This document shows, piece after piece, positions 33,871 to 40,000 of a stretch of 40,000 nucleotides of DNA. The stretch is from Natronincolaceae bacterium (GTDB taxonomy: Bacteria > Bacillota > Clostridia > Peptostreptococcales > Natronincolaceae). The notes beneath the pieces are model-generated. The model saw only the letters and a program-made list of their open reading frames with translations, was not told the DNA's origin and ran no database searches. Where the stretch lies: NCBI GenBank assembly GCA_048264125.1, contig JBLXDM010000002.1, positions 318,005 through 358,004 of the forward strand, written 5' to 3'. The position numbers were made by a program, and so were the translations under genes. The stretch's first letter is position 1; each line of letters opens with the position of its first letter.

Positions 33871-34695
33871 TTACTTATATTTAATCCATATGTCTCCATT
33901 GCTTCCACCACTTGGGTCAGCTGTAGACATAATTACATTTCTTAGCTGTCTAGTAGTATATGATGTGTTCGATTGCGCAACAGCTATTCCTGTGAAAGCG
34001 TCACCATTAGCGTTTACTAACTTAGTCCATGCACTCCAAACAGCACTATATCTGTTACGTATATAAATACCATTACCGCCATTGTATTGAATTGCTATTT
34101 GACAAGCATTAACTGCTTCACCCAATGAGGCATAGAAGTATGTTTGTATATACCAGTAAAATGCACTATTTGGACTATTTGAATGATTAGTAAGTATCTG
34201 ACCATGCAATGTGGTATTTGGGTCTGCGGTTGTGGTTCCTTGGGTAATCATTGGAATTTGCTTTGCGTTATCTACGCTACCAAGCCCTACTTGGGATTTT
34301 GTTACAGTATGTGGATTCGCAGTATCCGCCTTATGTGCATTACACTCATTTTCAATAGCCGACACCTCTTGAGCTATAGTTGCAATTTCGCTATCAGTGT
34401 ACCCTTTAGCTGTATCCACCGCACCCTGCAACTTATTATCAATATCATGGGCAGTGTTGTCTGTCTTATGCTCCTGTAGCTCTTGTTCTGATGCAAAGCC
34501 TCCTTCATCCATCGTTATAGCTTTTTCCTGCAGCTCCTCGATTGCTTTATAGCTTCTATTAAAGAGCCAATTTAACCACCCTGCAGGTGGTCTTTCCTGC
34601 GGCTGCCAGCCCTCTGTCTGCTTGGAGGCAGGGGGCTCTGTGCCTACATTCTCCCACTTGGGGAGTCTTTCATTAAAATTTCCCATAGCTTGCAC
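33871..34695 (-). CDS. Phage tail fibre protein (module 2)
   Basis: 274 aa. The N-terminus is LPKWENVGTEPP...GWQPQERPPAGWLNWLFNRSY. It carries HKADTANPHTVTKSQVGLGSVDN, a knob domain shared with the module-1 fibre, and the ending GGSNGDIWIKYK. Confidence 0.8.
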   Translation of the reverse strand: MQAMGNFNERLPKWENVGTEPPASKQTEGWQPQERPPAGWLNWLFNRSYKAIEELQEKAITMDEGGFASEQELQEHKTDNTAHDIDNKLQGAVDTAKGYTDSEIATIAQEVSAIENECNAHKADTANPHTVTKSQVGLGSVDNAKQIPMITQGTTTADPNTTLHGQILTNHSNSPNSAFYWYIQTYFYASLGEAVNACQIAIQYNGGNGIYIRNRYSAVWSAWTKLVNANGDAFTGIAVAQSNTSYTTRQLRNVIMSTADPSGGSNGDIWIKYK

Positions 34696-34698
34696 CTC

Positions 34699-35316
34699 CT
34701 ATATTGGTAAATCCAAATCATTCCCCGGCGAATATACTGCCCCTAGAGTTCCCCCTATGGTCTGCTCTAAATCGGCTAAACCTGTGGTGGCATCAAGCTC
34801 TAGCACATTATTTGAAGCTGAAAACTGAAAGGTCCCTTGAAACAGCACCTTTGCCCTAACCCCAGCTGCCACTATTAGGTTTACCAGCCTTCCGAATTGG
34901 TTGATTGAGAAACCTATACTGTTCAGCAGCTCCGTTGGGAAGCTTATAAATACGCTTGCGGCTTCTGGCTCATCGGGGTCATTGTAAAGCTCCTGAACCT
35001 CAATATCCTCAGCTGTGGTGTTTAAGGTGACGGACAGTATTCTTATGAGTGTATTGATATCTCCGGTGGAAAGGTTTCTTGCAACGCTGGATTTTATTAG
35101 TATTCTATAGACCTCATCCGTTGCTGCCCCCCTTGGCTGCTGTAGGTTAACTCCTATCCTATCCAGCACTTCACCTATTGCCTGATCGATATCTCTGTAG
35201 GCCTCAGTTTTATTTACGGCCCCCTTTATATCCTCCAGCTCACCTGCTACTATGCTGAAGAGCTTTCCTATATTGCTACCGGGGTCTTTTTTGTAGTTAT
35301 CCGTCAGTCTATCCCA
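34699..35316 (-). CDS. Baseplate/tail protein, gpI/YmfQ-like; true start unclear
   Basis: The track ORF starts at GTG 35169. The open frame continues upstream with family-like sequence (WDRLTDNYKKDPGSNIGKLFSIVAGELEDIKGAVNKTEAYRDIDQAIGEVLDRIG) and no canonical start codon. The nearest ATG (35320) is one nucleotide out of frame. Confidence 0.55.
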   Translation of the reverse strand, partial: WDRLTDNYKKDPGSNIGKLFSIVAGELEDIKGAVNKTEAYRDIDQAIGEVLDRIGVNLQQPRGAATDEVYRILIKSSVARNLSTGDINTLIRILSVTLNTTAEDIEVQELYNDPDEPEAASVFISFPTELLNSIGFSINQFGRLVNLIVAAGVRAKVLFQGTFQFSASNNVLELDATTGLADLEQTIGGTLGAVYSPGNDLDLPI

Positions 35317-35324
35317 GCATTGAG

Positions 35325-36512
35325 CTAAGCACTGGTTACCACCACCCTGGTATAGTCTGTTTCGGCAACCCTTGCCATCGTTACTGCAATATTCCCTGTT
35401 ATATATTCAACTCCGTCGGTGGATACCTGTAGCTCTAAATCATTTATCCCCGGTACGCCATAGGCTGAATTTATCAGCTTGGTATACACCAGCTCCTGCC
35501 CCATTCCTAGGCCCGAGTATATATTTCCGTCAGCATCTGTACCGCCTATATGCTTAATTAGCTCTGTCCTGACTCTATCGTCCCCATCCAGTGGGTATAG
35601 TGTGCTTTTAGAAATATTGACCCTACAATAAATAGGAACCTCCTCGGCGAAGGTGAAGTTTACAGTATGGGGGTTGCCTGCGATATCCTTTACTGATACG
35701 GATTGAGTGCCCACAGTTTCTATTCCTGCTGCCTTGGTAGAAAGAATGGCTTCTCCGATATTGTCGGGATTTCCCCCCAGCACATAGCATTCTATGCTTT
35801 TAGGTGGTCTGCCCTCATCATCCTCAGCACTACTGCTGTTTTCCAATACCAAGGCCGCCCTTACCCCCGTCAGCTCCAGTAGGCTCGCCCTAATACTGGC
35901 AAGGGTACTGGCTCCACCTCTGGCAACGGATTTGATATATCTCTCCCGAAGCTCTGCATCTGTTTCAATATTTGTCCCCTCTGAAAGGGCTGCGGGGTTG
36001 GTTATGGACTCCACTCCAGCTATAGGGTTTGTGATTTCTGTTATTGTATTGGCGGGTACATTCCCTTCAACACCGGGCATCATGGCCTCTATGGGAAGCA
36101 GCAGCTCTCCTGCCTCATTTATGACACCCAACCCTGTGGTTTTAAATTTTATTTCATCCTTGGTCTCCACAATAAAATCCTTCTCTACCATAGTACCGCT
36201 GTCTCCAAGGATTAATATTTCCCCTTTTGCCGACGTCCACAGTCTTCTTTCTATTCCAATGTACTTGCCTAGATAATCCAGCTGCACGCCCTCTGCAGTG
36301 TCTACATAGCCGCTGTAGTAGACCTTTTCGGTGGTCTCCCACAGCAGCGCCAGACTCCAGGCAATTACCCTGAAGAATATTCCCAGGGGACTTCTTGGGC
36401 TGAGATTTACATCCTCTCCAAACAGGCCTTTGGCCCTGCTGTTCATGCTTTCTATAAGGTCGTTGTATCTCTTTCGTTTAAAGCCCTGCCTGCCTAATCC
36501 AAAGCTATCCAA
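35325..36512 (-). CDS. Baseplate J-like protein (module 2)
   Basis: The call rests on 395 aa length, position, and a J-like N-terminal region (SPRSPLGIFFRVIAWSLALLWE). Confidence 0.85.
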   Translation of the reverse strand: MDSFGLGRQGFKRKRYNDLIESMNSRAKGLFGEDVNLSPRSPLGIFFRVIAWSLALLWETTEKVYYSGYVDTAEGVQLDYLGKYIGIERRLWTSAKGEILILGDSGTMVEKDFIVETKDEIKFKTTGLGVINEAGELLLPIEAMMPGVEGNVPANTITEITNPIAGVESITNPAALSEGTNIETDAELRERYIKSVARGGASTLASIRASLLELTGVRAALVLENSSSAEDDEGRPPKSIECYVLGGNPDNIGEAILSTKAAGIETVGTQSVSVKDIAGNPHTVNFTFAEEVPIYCRVNISKSTLYPLDGDDRVRTELIKHIGGTDADGNIYSGLGMGQELVYTKLINSAYGVPGINDLELQVSTDGVEYITGNIAVTMARVAETDYTRVVVTSA

Positions 36513-36867
36513 TATCCAGCACCTCCTCTACCTCAATTGTTTCTCCGCTTTTCATCAAGGCTATAAAGCTTAACTGAAGCTTCCTTTCCTTTCTATCAAA
36601 GCTCATATTAAATTCCTTCAGCTCTTCAAACCTAGGGTCCTGACTCAATGCCCTGATTATTTCCAGCCGTTTTCTGTCATCCTCCACCAGCTTATTCCGG
36701 ATAATATCAATGTCCAGCCCATGCTCTATGTTTAGAAACCATTCTCCTATATTTGTGGATAGAACCCTCTCTATGCTTTGGGCTGCTTCCTCTCGCCCCT
36801 CTACTAATTGTAGACTGTTCTGTCCGTCAAATACCAAATCATCATTTTGAAGCTTTAATGTCCTCAT
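36505..36867 (-). CDS. Baseplate wedge protein, gpW/gp25-like (putative)
   Basis: 120 aa. AAQSIERVLSTNIGEWFLNIEHGLD resembles the gp25/W motif. It overlaps the J gene. Confidence 0.55.
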   Translation of the reverse strand: MRTLKLQNDDLVFDGQNSLQLVEGREEAAQSIERVLSTNIGEWFLNIEHGLDIDIIRNKLVEDDRKRLEIIRALSQDPRFEELKEFNMSFDRKERKLQLSFIALMKSGETIEVEEVLDIG

Positions 36868-36871
36868 TTTA

Positions 36872-37252
36872 TCACCTCAAGTGACCTATTATTATCGCAT
36901 CCTTCAAATCATGCTTCCTGCTGTATTTAGGGTCAGCGATTTTCCCCGTTATGACATTGTCCAAGGCCCTTTCTGCAAAGGACACCACTACGATGTCTCC
37001 CTTTTCGTAAAAGACCTGCTCCAGCTTTATTACCCCACTGTCATCCTTGTATTTCCTCCGTAGCACCGGCACTGCCATTATGGGGCTATATTCCGAAGCG
37101 GGAGTGTCTACATATTTCCTCATAAATAAAGGAACTACATCAGCAGTTCCCTTCGCTTCATTGAAGCTTAATACTCGGCATGGCATACAGGTATGGATTT
37201 CAGCAATCCTCTCCTCTAATAAGGCCTTCATAAATTTAAGTAGGCTGCTCAT
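36872..37252 (-). CDS. Baseplate central spike protein (Mu gp45 / gp138 N-domain-like)
   Basis: 126 aa. It reads IHTCMPCRVLSFNEAKGTADVVPL...AVPVL...EKGDIVVVSFAERALD...HDLKDAIIIG. Confidence 0.6.
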   Translation of the reverse strand: MSSLLKFMKALLEERIAEIHTCMPCRVLSFNEAKGTADVVPLFMRKYVDTPASEYSPIMAVPVLRRKYKDDSGVIKLEQVFYEKGDIVVVSFAERALDNVITGKIADPKYSRKHDLKDAIIIGHLR

Positions 37253-38040
37253 AGAGGCATCACCTCACATTCGGTAACAAAGCTGCCCTTGTGGCTGCCC
37301 TTTTTAACCTTGAAATTACCTGTTACAGCTCTGCTCTCTATCCTTATAAGGCTATCTACATTTATTCTATGATTTAATAGCATTTCCACCTTGTAGCCCT
37401 CTGCCGCTTCTTTGCTGAGCCTTTCGGGACTGCCTATCATGCCTGTGTCGCTGTTTAAAAGAAAGCCTGTCTCAGTGCCCTTCTTTGCAGGACGAATGAA
37501 GATTACACCATTTTTTACATAGAACCTGCTGCCGGTATCGCTTACTATTGTCTTTATGTTATTTTGCAGCTGACCGCTTAGGTTCAAGCCATTTGTATAG
37601 GTAATATCCTCCGTTAGCTCTATGTCACCTATTTGCAGTCCAAAGCTGCCCAAAAGCTCTGTCAGTACCTGTGAGGCCTTTATATTACTTCTATAGGTCT
37701 TGTTCACTATGGTCTTAAACCAATCCTGTGAGCCATCCACCACCATCAGCTTCAGCACCTTATCCAGTCCATCATGACTGGTCTCAAGCTCCTTTACTAC
37801 ACCTATTAGTAGACTCCCTATATCTCCTGCATAGCCTGCATTAAGTATGACCTTGGAGCTTTGACCTATGCCATTAAGGGTGGCGCTGCTGAGATTATAT
37901 ATTTCTACATTGCTGACATTGGGCTCTGGATCATCATCAAAGCTGATATCAAAATTGATTTCAAAGTCCTTATTTGTGTACTTTTGTCTGTCTATGATCA
38001 GCTCTATGCTTCTTCCGAATAAATTAGCCATTGTCCTCAT
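37249..38040 (-). CDS. Baseplate hub protein (gpD/Mu gp44/XkdQ-like)
   Basis: The call rests on 263 aa length and position between the spike gene and the genes proximal to the tape measure. Confidence 0.5.
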   Translation of the reverse strand: MRTMANLFGRSIELIIDRQKYTNKDFEINFDISFDDDPEPNVSNVEIYNLSSATLNGIGQSSKVILNAGYAGDIGSLLIGVVKELETSHDGLDKVLKLMVVDGSQDWFKTIVNKTYRSNIKASQVLTELLGSFGLQIGDIELTEDITYTNGLNLSGQLQNNIKTIVSDTGSRFYVKNGVIFIRPAKKGTETGFLLNSDTGMIGSPERLSKEAAEGYKVEMLLNHRINVDSLIRIESRAVTGNFKVKKGSHKGSFVTECEVMPL

Positions 38041-38347
38041 CTCCTATTACATACAGCAATACCCGCTCCCCCAGATTTTCATAGGTTACTCTGGTTTCCT
38101 TTCCTGTTAAATCCAAGGGCACTATTACCACCGGAGGGGTGGGCAAATGTGGGAGGCTGCTGAATAAAGGCTTGCCATAAACCAGCTTTTCGCCAATGAC
38201 CACCAGCCTGCCTAGGTAATATAAATCCACTGTGAAGTAGTCGTGCTGGGTATTGTAATGAACCTCAAAGCTAAAGGTGTAGCCCCCCAGCTGCATATCG
38301 AAGCTGTAGGGTATTTTGTCCTTTTCTATTTTTATGGATTTTATCAT
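38024..38347 (-). CDS. Small tail/baseplate protein
   Basis: 107 aa. YSFDMQLGGYTFSFEVHYNTQHDYFTVDLYYLGRLVVIGEKLVYG resembles small baseplate plug proteins. The family assignment is weak. Confidence 0.4.
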   Translation of the reverse strand: MIKSIKIEKDKIPYSFDMQLGGYTFSFEVHYNTQHDYFTVDLYYLGRLVVIGEKLVYGKPLFSSLPHLPTPPVVIVPLDLTGKETRVTYENLGERVLLYVIGDEDNG

Positions 38348-38904
38348 TCCATCATAGGCCTCCTATCCTCCCGATTGCCCAGTTCAATTAATTCCTTTTT
38401 CTTTTGCTCCTTTTTTAAGTATTCATAATACTGATCCATGCTATCATATTGCGGTGGCTCCTGATACGGATATTGGAAACCATTATTTTTCGTTGGTGCC
38501 TTTAGGGGGAGCGGGGCTTTAATGGGATTAGGAAGCTCTATCTCTGTCTGTTGGCCTTTGGCTATCCTCACATGCTTCAGGCTTATGTCAAAGGTGAAGC
38601 CATTCCTAATGCTGTTATCATGGGTGGTGGACAATTTCTCTATTATTAGGTTATCTACAGCATTTCTACCCACATATCTTAACATAGCTCCGTCATTTTG
38701 ATATTTCCTCAGCCTGGCTATTGTCTCTGCTGCCTTTTCTCCCGTAACGACTCCCGATATTGAGAAGCTGATGGGATTTTGGCGAACATGGTCTGTTATA
38801 TCCGTCCCCTGCTCTACAGGGTTGGAGGTTATATCATTGGAATATTCGGGGTTTTCGCTTTCTACTACTGAAAGCTCTATATCCCCCAGCATTGCTCTTT
38901 TCAT
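38344..38904 (-). CDS. Tail protein immediately after the tape measure (distal-tail/XkdP position)
   Basis: 186 aa. The call is positional. Confidence 0.45.
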   Translation of the reverse strand: MKRAMLGDIELSVVESENPEYSNDITSNPVEQGTDITDHVRQNPISFSISGVVTGEKAAETIARLRKYQNDGAMLRYVGRNAVDNLIIEKLSTTHDNSIRNGFTFDISLKHVRIAKGQQTEIELPNPIKAPLPLKAPTKNNGFQYPYQEPPQYDSMDQYYEYLKKEQKKKELIELGNREDRRPMME

Positions 38905-38954
38905 GCTATCACCGCCTTAATGTCAACGGCACCCACAGGGGGTGCCGTTGTCCT

Positions 38955-40000
38955 TTATCTTTCAATTAATATCGGATGCTTTAGCCTCATAATACTGAAG
39001 TATTCCTCCAGCATTGGCAGTATTTGATCCCTTACTTCCCTTTTTATCAGTGTGGTTTTTGAATCATTTACCTCTCTACCCTCTACATTTACAATTATTT
39101 GTGGGGCAAAGGGCATGCTTATACTACTGCTGGATATGTCGGACTGTAGGCTACCATCGATTGTTGCATTGCTACTGCTGTTTAGTATCCTTTCGGTTCT
39201 ATAGTTGGTGGCTACCTTGGAGCCTTTTGGGAGGCTTAATAATTCAGGGCCTCTTTCTCCTACTAAGGCAAGACCTCCGGGGTGGTAGTTTGTGCCTTTG
39301 TGGTACGCATTAAATCCATCATCCTCAAATTGTGGCCCATCGCCCTTGTAAAAACCATGATAGCCATCTTCCATAATCTGATGTCCACCAGTATCTCTCT
39401 TAAAAAGAGATAAAAAGCCTTGAACTGCATTTCTGAAACCTTCAAACCTTTTATAGAGCATACCAAATACTGCTACTATACCAATAATTGCAGCAGGTAT
39501 TAAAAAAATCCACCCAACACTGACTCCTAATGCACCTGATATAATTAGCATATTACTCATCATCATCAGTAGAGGTCCCATAGCAGCTACCAAAATCCCA
39601 ACACCTACAATTATTATTTTCCATCCATCATCTAAGCGGCCAAACCAATTCACGACATTTCCTACCACTGTAAAGACATCTATTAAAATAGGCATCAAGA
39701 CCTCACCAAATTTAGCCGCAACATCTTGACATATTGCCTTAAGCCTCTCCAACTGACCTGCAAATGTGCCAGCAGCTTCTTGAGAATAGCCTTGAATTTC
39801 ATTAGACTGTTTTAAAATCTCATTGAATCTTTCAAGTTGCTTTTCATCCTCACTCAGGTCTGCAAACCCATCACCAAAATCAGCATCATTTAGTTTGTAG
39901 CCCAGTGCTTCAGCCTCTTTAGCATTACCGGCTATTGCCATACTAAGGCTGCTTATAGCATCCTCATCGCTTTTTCCGTGGAATGCCGCATAGTCTGCTC
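38955..40000 (-). CDS. Tail tape measure protein (module 2), N-terminus beyond the window end
   Basis: The frame stays open upstream of the track Met at 39941 all the way to position 40000 (..ADYAAFHGKSDEDAISSLSMAIAGN..). It has a hydrophobic central block and the C-terminal motif GTNYHPGGLALVGERGPELLSLPKGS. Confidence 0.8.
   Translation of the reverse strand, partial: ADYAAFHGKSDEDAISSLSMAIAGNAKEAEALGYKLNDADFGDGFADLSEDEKQLERFNEILKQSNEIQGYSQEAAGTFAGQLERLKAICQDVAAKFGEVLMPILIDVFTVVGNVVNWFGRLDDGWKIIIVGVGILVAAMGPLLMMMSNMLIISGALGVSVGWIFLIPAAIIGIVAVFGMLYKRFEGFRNAVQGFLSLFKRDTGGHQIMEDGYHGFYKGDGPQFEDDGFNAYHKGTNYHPGGLALVGERGPELLSLPKGSKVATNYRTERILNSSSNATIDGSLQSDISSSSISMPFAPQIIVNVEGREVNDSKTTLIKREVRDQILPMLEEYFSIMRLKHPILIER

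Larger units (their letters stand above)
33117..40000 (-). mobile_element. Second, distinct contractile-type baseplate and tail-fibre module (part of a prophage), continuing beyond the window end
   Basis: The order is tape measure, two small genes, hub, spike, W-like, J, I-like, fibre and accessory genes. This parallels the Mu/P2/PBSX baseplate order, but the proteins are strongly diverged from module 1. Confidence 0.7.

Noticed and set aside
20407-34695. A diversity-generating retroelement or invertible-segment explanation for the similarity between the two tail fibres.
   Set aside because: No reverse transcriptase or invertase gene is in the window. The similarity is at diverged-protein level rather than a near-identical template/variable repeat pair.
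1-40000. CRISPR arrays, rRNA or tRNA genes, transposases and integrases.
   Set aside because: I found no regularly spaced direct repeats, no rRNA- or tRNA-like sequence, and no ORF with recombinase or transposase motifs anywhere in the window.

Overview
The window looks like a low-GC Gram-positive, Clostridia-like chromosome, judged from the SLH-domain wall protein, the BhlA/UviB holin and PBSX-type xkd synteny. From left to right it holds the following. (1) The 5' part of a family-5 ABC substrate-binding lipoprotein gene, preceded by a long leader that contains a terminator-like hairpin. (2) A three-gene exopolysaccharide-type operon: CE4 deacetylase, GH16 glycanase and a processive GT2 synthase. 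(3) A complete minus-strand histidine operon, hisZGDCBHAF-IE, which carries GC-rich palindromic repeats between cistrons. (4) Two tandem paralogous genes for membrane-anchored NERD-like proteins. (5) An SLH-domain surface protein. (6) From about 17.1 kb to the window end, phage-derived DNA entirely on the minus strand. This starts with a PBSX-like contractile-tail and lysis block (17144-29902) with no head or packaging genes upstream. A short degraded junction follows. Next is an AT-rich three-gene cassette (30217-33113) encoding a Cys-cluster protein, a SPASM/twitch-like radical SAM enzyme and an ion-transporter-superfamily permease. Last is a second, different baseplate and tail-fibre module (33117 to beyond 40000) that ends in a truncated tape-measure gene. 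I found no rRNA, tRNA, CRISPR array, transposase or integrase. The radical-SAM cassette is the best candidate for an undescribed system. The tandem head-less tail modules and the NERD pair come next. All family calls rest on motif reading and synteny by eye, and no database search was possible.
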